Source: Bacteroidota bacterium (lineage in GTDB: Bacteria > Bacteroidota > Bacteroidia > Bacteroidales > F082). From it: 32,000 bases of DNA. The stretch covers positions 1 through 32,000 of the forward strand of contig JAERTD010000086.1 of the NCBI GenBank assembly GCA_016845175.1, read 5' to 3'. Numbering within the stretch: position 1 is the stretch's first letter; each line of letters opens with the position of its first letter. Below, piece after piece: positions 1-8,588 of the stretch. A program made the position numbers and the translations under genes. The notes beneath the pieces are model-generated. The model worked only from the letters and a program-made list of their open reading frames with translations. It did no database searches and was not told where the DNA came from.

Positions 1-654
1 GAAGCCCTGGAAAGCAAAGAGGTATTTTGGAAAACCATCGCAGATCAAAACTGGAATTCGGTTTGGGAAAGCAATTATCCACCCGTGAATATTGATAACC
101 GATGTTATATCAGAGCCCCATTCCACGAAGCTTCGGGTTTCGAATACGACATATTAATCAAACCAAAAATGGCCTTTGGGACGGCACATCACGAGACCAC
201 AGCTCTCATGATCAGGGCGCTACTTGATATGGATGTCAGTGGTTTACAAATGCTTGATATGGGATGTGGAACTTCGGTACTGGCCATTCTGGCAGCGAAG
301 AAGGGTGCTGCGTCGGTACATGCCATCGATAATGATCAATGGGCTTATAACAATTCTGTCGAGAATGTAGCACTCAATGAGCTAAACCAGGTTGATGTCA
401 GAAAGGGTGATGCCGATTCTCTTATTACTATTCCAACTTACCATATCATTCTGGCCAACATCAATAAGAATATATTGCTAAGGGATATGGAAGTCTATAC
501 AAAAGCACTCAAACAAGGAGGACAGATTTTCTTTAGTGGTTTCTATGACAGCGACCTGGAAGATATAACAGACCATGCCAGTACTTTACAGCTAAACTAC
601 CAGAATCATCAAACTTTAAATAAATGGACCTGTGCCAAGTTCGTAAAGCAATAG
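1..654 (+). CDS. prmA: Ribosomal protein L11 methyltransferase PrmA (5' end truncated by window edge)
   Basis: Frame 1 is open from base 1 (EALESKEVFWKTIADQNWNSVWESNYPP precedes the first ATG at 85), so the gene starts upstream of the window. PrmA-type motifs are present: KPKMAFGTAHHETT and the SAM-binding LDMGCGTSVLAILAAKKGA followed by AIDND. Stop TAG at 652-654. Confidence 0.9.
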   Translation, partial: EALESKEVFWKTIADQNWNSVWESNYPPVNIDNRCYIRAPFHEASGFEYDILIKPKMAFGTAHHETTALMIRALLDMDVSGLQMLDMGCGTSVLAILAAKKGAASVHAIDNDQWAYNNSVENVALNELNQVDVRKGDADSLITIPTYHIILANINKNILLRDMEVYTKALKQGGQIFFSGFYDSDLEDITDHASTLQLNYQNHQTLNKWTCAKFVKQ

Positions 655-655
655 A

Positions 656-3600
656 ATGCCATATTTTGTGTTCTTAAAGCATAGCTTTATTGCATACTTA
701 TTGCAGAAGAATACCAGACCTAAAACCATTGTTATCATTAAGAAGTCGAAGAACAACATAGGATTAATCAAGACAGCAGCCATTAGCTTAGTGATGCTAT
801 GCTTGAGTCTACCTGGTTTTTCACAGGAACTGGATTCATTATCAACTGATTCAGAGGTATTTTTTCAGCAGATTACAGAAATACTAATGAATACCCCATC
901 AAAACGTATGCAGGAGAATTCAGAAGAACTCCTACCCAGGTTTTATGCAAGATGGAGTATCGGTCGGTTTAATAAGATGGAGAAAGATGAGGTACGACAT
1001 CTGATTGAAAGTATGCGTGCCAGGGGTATGAGAACCTATCCACACCTATACGATTACATCTACAGTCTGACCCTATTGGCTGAGTCGCACCAAACACCAA
1101 AAAGTATCATTGCCTGGCATGCTTATGCCGGAAAGCTACTTGAGCATAAGAAAACAACACCATTTACCAACTTCATGAAGTTCACCAAGAACTTGTTTGA
1201 AAATGATTTGTTTCACAAAAAGAAATCACTGTACTGGTACCACCGAAACGCCAAGTTCAGCTTTTTTCTGGATACCAATTTTCTGCTGAAATATGAACGC
1301 CTAAACCTGGTATGTGCCACCAAGAAGGATAGCTCGACAGTATTAAAGACCAAAGGGGTGTACAATTATGATGCGCACAGCTGGGTTGGTGGTGAAGGAA
1401 AGGTCGAGTGGACCAGATTTGGAGAGGAAGCCGAAAAAGCCATTTTTGTGAGCTTCCCATCCTATACAATCGACTTAAATCACGCTAGTTATGTGGTAGA
1501 TTCAGCCATATTGACACATCAACGTTTCTTTAGCCGACCCATGCTGGGACAGTTCAGTGAAATGGTGAAGTCAAGCCCGGCCAACAGCAAAACATCCTAT
1601 CCGCGTTTTAAAGTGTATGGCTCTGATTATGTGCTTGATAAGGTATATTCGGATATTGATTTTCTGGGCGGTTTTGAACTCAAGGGTATGTTATTATATG
1701 GTATTGGTGATGATTATATTGAACCCAAACTCAGAGTCCATTACAAGGATACCATTTTTGGTAACATAAGCTCTGAACTCTTCCTTCTGGGTGACGAAAA
1801 GCTGGAAGCCGTGGATGCATCTGTTACCTTCTATTTTGAACAGGATTCCCTCCACCATCCCAAGTTAAGGTTTCGTTATACAAAGGATGAGAATCAAATG
1901 GTCCTATTCAGTGATGGCAATAATGATGATCTGATTCCTTTTTTTGATTCCTACCACCAACTGGATATCTATGTCCAATCACTTTTCTGGAAACTTGATG
2001 AGGATCAGATGGTTTTGAAAAGGATAAGGGGTGTTAACAATGAAAATAAAGCCAGTTTTATTTCAAGTAATTATTATTCAGCAAGAGATTTTTATCGGAT
2101 ACAGGGAATAGATGAAATCAATCCTCTTGATGTCCTGCAAAACTATTTGGATGTCTATGCTGAAACAGAAATCCAATTGTATGCTCTGGCCGACTATATG
2201 AACAAACCGGTGGAGCAGGTATCAGCCATGCTCATCAGCCTTTCCAACAAAGGTTTTATCGTATATAACAGCAAGGAACAAAAGGCAGTCATTAAGGATA
2301 GACTTACCAATTTCCTGGATGCCAAGGGTGGACGGACTGATTATGATGTGATCCATCTAGAATCAAGAGTAGTGGCCAAACCCAATGCGTCAATCAATCT
2401 TAATGATTTGAGCTTGAATGTATATGGTGTACCGGAGGTGGTTATCAGCGATTCGCAAAATGTGTATATCTATCCCTATGATAAGTCAATTTCCTTTAGA
2501 AAAAACAGAGACTTTAGCTTTGAAGGACAGGTGCATATGGGCTACCTGGATTTTTATACCAGAAATTCGGCCTTTGTATATGACAGCTTTATGCTGAACA
2601 TGAATTATATCGACTCCCTGGCATTTACTGTTCCTGTAAAGGATTCATTATCCACAAGAGACTCATTGGTGCATGTAAAGAATGTTATAATGGACCTCAA
2701 TGGGAAGATATATATCGACCAGCCTTTCAATAAATCCGGCTTGCAGATGTTTCCTGAATATCCGGCTTTCGTAAGCCAGGACTATAGCTATGTCTATTTT
2801 AATCATCCTGACATACAGGACAGTACCTTGTTAGCCGACAGCTTTTATTATAAGGTGGATCCTTTCGTTTTTGATAGTATTTCCACCTTTACTACCGAAG
2901 GATTGGCCTTTGATGGTGAGTTGGTTTCTAACATATTTCCCGTGATAAGAGAACCTCTGGTGGTCATGCCTGATTTCTCCCTTGGTTTTATGCATGAAAC
3001 TCCGCAAGAAGGTTATGATTTATATGAAGGCAAGGGCACATTTAGCTCCAGAGTCAGCATCAGTAATGAAGGTTTCTTGGGTGATGGCATGTTAGATTAT
3101 CTAACCGCCTCTGCAGGTTCAGAATATATCACCTTTTACCCAGACTCGCTGGTGGCTACCTGTAACGATTTTTATCTGGCAGAGAGTCAGGATGTATACG
3201 ATTTCCCTTCAGTACAAGGCGATACAGTGGATATCATGTGGTTGGTGGATACCAATATTATGCGGGTGAGACATCACCAAAATCCATTCATTGTGTATGC
3301 CAATTCAATACTCAAAGGTGATCTGTTTGTCAGCCCTGAAGTCCTACGGGCAGATGGTTCCTTTTATTTCGACAGATCAGAAGTGTTGAGCAGAGATATC
3401 AGGTTTAATTACAGTCAGTTGTCTGCCGACTCTGCTGATTTTTATCTCAGGGATGAAAGTGGTAGCGAAGATGTTTTCAGATCACTGGGTTATTATGCCA
3501 AGATCGATTTTGAGCAACAAAAGGGCTGGTTTAATCATTTGTATGACCAATCTTTTGTTGAGTTTCCCTTTAATAAATACATTTCTACCCTTGATGAGGT

Positions 3601-5245
3601 GGAGTGGTTGATGAATGAAGACAAACTAAACCTTGACAGCGATCTGGCCAATACTTTTTCGGAGTTGGACAGCCTGTCAGATGCAGATCTGATAGACTAT
3701 TCTTTACAAGGACCTTATGAATTCATCTCCACTAAGGAGGATCAGGATTCCCTCAGGTTTTTTGCCGGAGGAGCTGTATACGATCTGACACAGTATACCA
3801 TAGATGTGGTAGATGTGCGCATGATTAAAGTAGCTGATGCTGCCATCTTCCCTGAAAACAAATCCCTGAAAATACTCAGAGATGCGGGAATCAGTACATT
3901 GTACAATGCACGGATCATAGCCGACACAGCTACAAAACACCATTATTTTTATGATGCAGAGGTCAATATTTTTGGCCGGCATCAGTATATGGCTAAAGGA
4001 TTCCTGGATTACAGTGACCGCAATGGAGCGCAACAACCCATTGCCTTTAGTAGTATATCGGTCAATAATCAGGGAACTACAGTCGGTTTTGGAGAAGTGA
4101 GCAGAGATGATTTGTTTTTCCTAAGCCCCGAATATTTCTATGCAGGCGGTGTGAGTGTTAAGGCATCTGAGCCTTTGATGCGATTTAGTGGTGGTTTTAA
4201 GATTAATGAAAATTGCACCAACAACTTTGATAACTGGGTGAAGTTTGATAAATACCTGGATCCCAATAATCTGTTTTTCGATATCACCGATAGCACGAAA
4301 GATCTGGCAGGAAGAGCTGCGCGTTTTGGTTTGGCCTTTTCGGCACAAAAACAAAGTTTTTATCCACTGGTACTTCAGGCTGCTGATAGCCCGGAGGATT
4401 ACCTGCTGGTGAATGCCAAGGGCCGCGTAGAATTTGACCTGGAAGCCGATATATATCGGGTAAGACAGGAAAAGAGCCCATCAGCTAACCAAGTGGAGGC
4501 TGACTATATTGAAATGAGCAACGAACGTTGTATTATGTCTGGAAATGGAATGCTCAATATGGGTTTGAATTTCAATATGATAAAGGTTGAAGCTGCTGGT
4601 AGTTTCAGACATTTGATTATTCCTGACTCCACCTACCTGAACACCAGTTTGTTATTGGATTTTCATTTCGACCCCAAAGCTGTTTCTATGATTGTGGATA
4701 GTCTGCGTCTGTCGCAACTTGGAAATGTAGATGTAAGCAAAAGTAGCTTCCCTTTATTCCTCAGAAAGAAACTGGGCAGTGATAGAGGAGATAAGCTTAT
4801 GAATGAATTGAGCTTATACGGTCAGATGCGGAAAATTCCTCCTGAGTTGAATCATACCTTCCTCTTCACTGACCTGAATTTAAAATGGAATAGAGACAGC
4901 CGGTCATATATATCTCAAGGCCCCATAGGGGTAGGCTATATTGCAGGAAACCCTGTGAATAAGTATGTGGAAGGATATGTACAAATCGAAAACAGCCGGA
5001 CCGGGAGTGCTATTCATTTCTTCCTGAGACTCAACAAAGCCCAATGGTATTTCTTTAGCTATAAAAATGGTATCATGCAGATGATCTCTTCAGATAATTT
5101 CTTCAATGATCATATAGCTGAATTGAAACCTGAAAAACGCATTCTCAATACCAGTAGCGACGAGAATTATTATGAGTTTTTAATATCCACCCGTAGAAAG
5201 AGTACTGATTTCCTGAGAAAAATGGACGGAATCATGAAATACTAG
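656..5245 (+). CDS. Very large (1529 aa) hypothetical envelope protein with an N-terminal signal peptide or signal anchor; no recognisable catalytic motif
   Basis: Uninterrupted 4.6-kb ORF starting 1 nt after the prmA stop. N-terminus is KKSKNNIGLIKTAAISLVMLCLSLPGFSQ (basic n-region, hydrophobic core, SQ-type cleavage context). The protein is rich in Y/F/D/S/N, as beta-rich exported proteins tend to be. I saw no P-loop, nuclease, peptidase or glycosidase signature. The exact start is uncertain because there is a 40-aa unusual leader before the hydrophobic segment. Confidence 0.75.
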   Translation: MPYFVFLKHSFIAYLLQKNTRPKTIVIIKKSKNNIGLIKTAAISLVMLCLSLPGFSQELDSLSTDSEVFFQQITEILMNTPSKRMQENSEELLPRFYARWSIGRFNKMEKDEVRHLIESMRARGMRTYPHLYDYIYSLTLLAESHQTPKSIIAWHAYAGKLLEHKKTTPFTNFMKFTKNLFENDLFHKKKSLYWYHRNAKFSFFLDTNFLLKYERLNLVCATKKDSSTVLKTKGVYNYDAHSWVGGEGKVEWTRFGEEAEKAIFVSFPSYTIDLNHASYVVDSAILTHQRFFSRPMLGQFSEMVKSSPANSKTSYPRFKVYGSDYVLDKVYSDIDFLGGFELKGMLLYGIGDDYIEPKLRVHYKDTIFGNISSELFLLGDEKLEAVDASVTFYFEQDSLHHPKLRFRYTKDENQMVLFSDGNNDDLIPFFDSYHQLDIYVQSLFWKLDEDQMVLKRIRGVNNENKASFISSNYYSARDFYRIQGIDEINPLDVLQNYLDVYAETEIQLYALADYMNKPVEQVSAMLISLSNKGFIVYNSKEQKAVIKDRLTNFLDAKGGRTDYDVIHLESRVVAKPNASINLNDLSLNVYGVPEVVISDSQNVYIYPYDKSISFRKNRDFSFEGQVHMGYLDFYTRNSAFVYDSFMLNMNYIDSLAFTVPVKDSLSTRDSLVHVKNVIMDLNGKIYIDQPFNKSGLQMFPEYPAFVSQDYSYVYFNHPDIQDSTLLADSFYYKVDPFVFDSISTFTTEGLAFDGELVSNIFPVIREPLVVMPDFSLGFMHETPQEGYDLYEGKGTFSSRVSISNEGFLGDGMLDYLTASAGSEYITFYPDSLVATCNDFYLAESQDVYDFPSVQGDTVDIMWLVDTNIMRVRHHQNPFIVYANSILKGDLFVSPEVLRADGSFYFDRSEVLSRDIRFNYSQLSADSADFYLRDESGSEDVFRSLGYYAKIDFEQQKGWFNHLYDQSFVEFPFNKYISTLDEVEWLMNEDKLNLDSDLANTFSELDSLSDADLIDYSLQGPYEFISTKEDQDSLRFFAGGAVYDLTQYTIDVVDVRMIKVADAAIFPENKSLKILRDAGISTLYNARIIADTATKHHYFYDAEVNIFGRHQYMAKGFLDYSDRNGAQQPIAFSSISVNNQGTTVGFGEVSRDDLFFLSPEYFYAGGVSVKASEPLMRFSGGFKINENCTNNFDNWVKFDKYLDPNNLFFDITDSTKDLAGRAARFGLAFSAQKQSFYPLVLQAADSPEDYLLVNAKGRVEFDLEADIYRVRQEKSPSANQVEADYIEMSNERCIMSGNGMLNMGLNFNMIKVEAAGSFRHLIIPDSTYLNTSLLLDFHFDPKAVSMIVDSLRLSQLGNVDVSKSSFPLFLRKKLGSDRGDKLMNELSLYGQMRKIPPELNHTFLFTDLNLKWNRDSRSYISQGPIGVGYIAGNPVNKYVEGYVQIENSRTGSAIHFFLRLNKAQWYFFSYKNGIMQMISSDNFFNDHIAELKPEKRILNTSSDENYYEFLISTRRKSTDFLRKMDGIMKY

Positions 5246-5269
5246 TATTTTAGACCCTCAATTCCGTTT

Positions 5270-5911
5270 ATGGATCATTTACTATTGCTAGTTGTTTTTG
5301 TATTGGCCTATGTTTTGGGTTCCATACCCACTGCAGTTTGGGTGGGTCAGTGGTTTTTCAAAAAGGATATTCGAAATGAAGGCTCCGGCAATGCAGGGGC
5401 GACCAATACCTTTAGGGTATTAGGTCCTGGAGCTGCCATTCCGGTTATGATCATTGACATTCTGAAAGGAGTAGCAGCCATACTTTTGGTTTCATATATC
5501 TTACCCGATAATATATATACAGAATCTCAGATGATAACTTTTGAAATCATTGCTGGTTTCTGTGCTGTCATTGGCCATGCTTTGCCCTTATTTGCTGGCT
5601 TTAGAGGAGGTAAAGGAGTAGCCACGCTATTTGGAGTAGGCATTGTTTTATTCCCCGTCGCAGTATGGGTCGCTGTTGCAGTATTTGCGCTAGTGCTGGC
5701 TCTTACAGCTTATGTTTCATTGGGCTCCATTCTAGGCGCGCTGGCCTTTATGGTATCGGCTATCTGGATTTTTCCGGCCACTCATCCAGGTCTTATTGGT
5801 CTTGCGGTTTTGGCAGCTGTTTTTGTATGCTGGACACACAGGACGAACATTAAGAGACTGATCAACGGCAATGAAAACCGCTTATGGAAAAAGAAAGCAT
5901 CCAATAACTAG
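5270..5911 (+). CDS. plsY: Glycerol-3-phosphate acyltransferase PlsY (acyl-phosphate dependent)
   Basis: Hallmark PlsY motifs GSGNAGATNTFRVLG and FRGGKGVAT. A ~210-aa polytopic membrane protein with multiple hydrophobic helices. Confidence 0.92.
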   Translation: MDHLLLLVVFVLAYVLGSIPTAVWVGQWFFKKDIRNEGSGNAGATNTFRVLGPGAAIPVMIIDILKGVAAILLVSYILPDNIYTESQMITFEIIAGFCAVIGHALPLFAGFRGGKGVATLFGVGIVLFPVAVWVAVAVFALVLALTAYVSLGSILGALAFMVSAIWIFPATHPGLIGLAVLAAVFVCWTHRTNIKRLINGNENRLWKKKASNN

Positions 5912-5939
5912 GTGCAGCCCTTTCAAATCAACTCAGAAT

Positions 5940-6572
5940 ATGATAAAAAAAGCTATTTCAATACTTCTACTGCTGGTTCTCATGGGGGTGAGCTTCCTTC
6001 AGGCCCAGCAATCAAGCCCTGACCACATGAAAAAAGTATTACTCATTATCGACATTCAAAACGATTATTTTAAGGATGGCAAGATGGCATTGGTGAATGC
6101 TGAAGGAGCTGCCATGAATGCGAAGTTGATAGTAGATGATTTCAGGGCCAACAATTGGCCGGTAGTGATTATTCAACACCAATCGAGCTCGCCGAATGCC
6201 TCTTTTTTTGCACCCAATACCGAAGGTGTGGAAATACATGAGCTGCTTAAACCGCTCGCTGGTGAAAAACACATAGTGAAACATTATCCCAATGCCTTTC
6301 GCGAAACTGATCTGCTGGAACATATGAAACAACTGGGGTATTCGGACCTCGTGATTTGTGGAATGATGACCCATATGTGTGTGGATGCCACGGTAAGAGC
6401 AGCAAAGGATTATGGATATAATATTGAACTGATAGGTGATGCTTGTGCTACCCGAAATCTTGAGTTGGATACACAAGAAGTATCAGCGGAAGAGGTACAT
6501 ATTTCCTTTCTTTCAGCTTTGAATGGATACTATGCCAAGGTGATGACAACCAAAGACTATTTGCAGAAATAA
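5940..6572 (+). CDS. Isochorismatase-family cysteine hydrolase with a predicted signal peptide
   Basis: Family motifs VLLIIDIQNDYF (catalytic Asp region) and VICGMMTHMCVDATVRAA (nucleophile Cys). I moved the start from the ORF-track 5871 to ATG 5940. This removes a 41-nt overlap with plsY and gives a canonical signal peptide, MIKKAISILLLLVLMGVSFLQAQ. Confidence 0.8.
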   Translation: MIKKAISILLLLVLMGVSFLQAQQSSPDHMKKVLLIIDIQNDYFKDGKMALVNAEGAAMNAKLIVDDFRANNWPVVIIQHQSSSPNASFFAPNTEGVEIHELLKPLAGEKHIVKHYPNAFRETDLLEHMKQLGYSDLVICGMMTHMCVDATVRAAKDYGYNIELIGDACATRNLELDTQEVSAEEVHISFLSALNGYYAKVMTTKDYLQK

Positions 6573-6659
6573 GAGTGCTTTTGTAAACATTTTCAACAAT
6601 TTAGCCGCTGCCTCGATTAAAAGCCCCACCTTTGCCGACTCAATGACACCCTTTACCCT

Positions 6660-8420
6660 ATGAATTTATTTTCTGAAACCGGATTGCGGGAAGAAATCCT
6701 TACTGCTGTTCATGAACTGGGATTCGAAAAGCCAACTCCCATTCAGGCCAAAACCATACCTCATTTGCTTTCGTCCAAACAGGACCTTATCGCTTTTGCA
6801 CAAACTGGTACTGGTAAAACAGCCGCCTTCGGACTACCTTCCATACATGCAACGGATATTAAAAATAAAAGCACACAAACCCTGATTTTATGTCCCACTC
6901 GGGAGCTTTGCATGCAGATCACCAAAGACCTAACCAATTATGCAAAGTATATCAAAGGACTTCAGGTAGTGGCTGTTTATGGGGGTGCCAGCATAGAGAA
7001 TCAAATGAAAGCCCTGTCAAAAGGGGCTCAGATTGTAGTAGGAACACCTGGAAGAACCAAAGACCTGATCAAAAGAAAGAAACTAATTCTGGGTGATGTG
7101 GAACGGGTGGTTTTGGATGAGGCCGATGAGATGCTAACCATGGGGTTTAAAGAGGATTTGGATGCCATACTGGCCATGACTGATGAAGGCAAACAAACCC
7201 TTTTGTTTTCAGCTACCATGTCAAAGGAGATCATTAATATCACCAAAAAATATATGAATGATCCGGTGGAATTATCTGCTGCCCGAATGAATACAGGTGC
7301 TGAAAATGTGAACCATGTGTACTATATGGTGCATGCCAAAGACCGTTATGAGGTGTTGAAGCGTATCGCAGATATCAATTCGAATATTTATGGCATCGTT
7401 TTTTGCAGAACTCGTAGAGAAACAAAAGAAATTGCCAGCAAACTGATGCATGATGGATATAATGCCGATGCCTTGCACGGTGATTTATCCCAGGCTCAAA
7501 GAGATGAGGTCATGAACCGTTTCCGGACAGGCCAGTTGCAGTTGTTAGTGGCCACTGATGTGGCAGCCAGAGGCCTGGATGTCAATAATCTGACACACAT
7601 TATCAACTTTAACCTTCCTGATGACCTGGAGGTATATATTCACAGAAGTGGCCGTACCGGAAGGGCTGGAAAAAGCGGGACCTCCATTGCCATTATTCAC
7701 ACCAGGGAAACCAGAAAGATTAAAGACCTGGAGCGTAAATTTAAAATTGAATTTGCCAAGGAATTAGTGCCCAATGGTAAAGATATTTGCACCAAGCAGT
7801 TGTATATGCTCATCGATAAAATCGAGAGGGTAGAAGTTGATGAAAAACAAATCGAACCCTTTCTCCCAGCGATTTACAACAAACTGGAATGGTTAAGCCG
7901 TGAAGATTTGATCAAGCATTTTGTATCTGCAGAATTCAACAGATTTTTGGAATACTATAAAAATGCGAAGGATATAAATGTTTCTGAAAATCAGCGACCC
8001 GATAGAAAAGAAAAGCGGGAGAAGAGAAGTAGAAGCGACAGAAGACAAACCTCCTTTACTCGTTTGTTCATCAATGTAGGCACAAAAAACAGCTTGAATC
8101 CTGCCCGTTTGATAGGTTTGATCAATGAAAGCCTCGATTCCAGTGAGGCAGAAATAGGTAAAATTGAGATATTGAAGAACTTTTCCTTTTTCGAAATCGA
8201 AGAAAAAATGGAAGCCCAATTGATCAATGCCCTGGAAGGACTCAGATTCAGCGATGTAAAACTTACTGTTGAAGTTTCACAGGAAAAACCAACGGTACTG
8301 AACCGTCCAAGGCATAAGCCAAAACATAAGAAAGCCAGAGCCAGTAAATCTGCTGGAAAAAAACGCAGTGATCGTTCCAAAAGATTTGGCGGAGGGGGTG
8401 GACGTAAACGCAGTAAATAA
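6660..8420 (+). CDS. deaD: DEAD-box ATP-dependent RNA helicase (DeaD/CsdA-like) with a C-terminal DbpA-type RNA-binding domain and a basic G-rich tail
   Basis: All core motifs are present: Q motif GFEKPTPIQ, I AQTGTGKT, Ia PTRELC, II DEAD, III SAT, VI HRSGRTGRAG. The C-terminal FTRLFINVGTKNSLNPARLIGLI...GKIEILKNFSFFEI resembles the DbpA RNA-binding domain. The tail is RPRHKPKHKKARASKSAGKKRSDRSKRFGGGGGRKRSK. Confidence 0.93.
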   Translation: MNLFSETGLREEILTAVHELGFEKPTPIQAKTIPHLLSSKQDLIAFAQTGTGKTAAFGLPSIHATDIKNKSTQTLILCPTRELCMQITKDLTNYAKYIKGLQVVAVYGGASIENQMKALSKGAQIVVGTPGRTKDLIKRKKLILGDVERVVLDEADEMLTMGFKEDLDAILAMTDEGKQTLLFSATMSKEIINITKKYMNDPVELSAARMNTGAENVNHVYYMVHAKDRYEVLKRIADINSNIYGIVFCRTRRETKEIASKLMHDGYNADALHGDLSQAQRDEVMNRFRTGQLQLLVATDVAARGLDVNNLTHIINFNLPDDLEVYIHRSGRTGRAGKSGTSIAIIHTRETRKIKDLERKFKIEFAKELVPNGKDICTKQLYMLIDKIERVEVDEKQIEPFLPAIYNKLEWLSREDLIKHFVSAEFNRFLEYYKNAKDINVSENQRPDRKEKREKRSRSDRRQTSFTRLFINVGTKNSLNPARLIGLINESLDSSEAEIGKIEILKNFSFFEIEEKMEAQLINALEGLRFSDVKLTVEVSQEKPTVLNRPRHKPKHKKARASKSAGKKRSDRSKRFGGGGGRKRSK

Positions 8421-8547
8421 AAACCCTTTATTTATTAGGGGATGTAGATTTGTGATTAATAATTCATAATCAGAAATTCATTCCGATTGATAAGCGAGAC
8501 AGTAGCTATTAATCCCCATTTTAGCTGAAATACAAAGGCAGATAAGC

Positions 8548-8555
8548 TATATTTG
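8548..8555 (+). promoter_or_regulatory. Candidate Bacteroidota sigma-A -7 box (TATATTTG, consensus TAnnTTTG) for the GH63/fusion/GH2 operon
   Basis: Exact match to TAnnTTTG, 34 nt upstream of the TTG start at 8589, inside a 168-nt intergenic region. Confidence 0.5.
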
Positions 8556-8588
8556 CTTAGTTATTCTTCACTGTAAATACTTCTTGTT

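Noticed and set aside
1257-4481. Five antisense ORFs of 61-110 aa (1257-1469, 3704-4036, 3742-3927, 4121-4354, 4284-4481) inside the 1529-aa gene
   Set aside because: All are nested opposite a long, uninterrupted coding frame. Their composition is low-complexity or odd, they have no promoter box or family motif, and they overlap each other. This is typical shadow-ORF noise.
656-5245. The giant ORF as a defence-system or NTPase effector
   Set aside because: I found no Walker A/B, nuclease, helicase, methyltransferase or protease motif. It has an export signal and sits between housekeeping genes.
5665-5853. 62-aa same-strand, alternate-frame ORF inside plsY
   Set aside because: It lies entirely within the well-supported plsY frame. 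Its Cys/Ser/Gly-rich translation is the frame-shift shadow of a hydrophobic membrane protein.
6039-8380. Antisense and alternate-frame ORFs within the isochorismatase-like and DEAD-box genes (for example 6039-6476 at 145 aa, 7893-8219, 7991-8380)
   Set aside because: The host genes carry complete family motif sets in their own frames. The nested ORFs have no recognisable features or independent start signals.
8421-8441. Possible rho-independent terminator after the helicase gene (CCCTttatttattAGGG)
   Set aside because: The stem is only 4 bp in AT-rich context. That is too weak to call.
8453-8472. Inverted repeat TGATTA-n8-TAATCA upstream of the GH63 operon as an operator
   Set aside because: The arms are 6 bp and almost pure A/T, in an AT-rich intergenic region. 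Chance occurrence is plausible, and it lies upstream of, not overlapping, the candidate promoter box.
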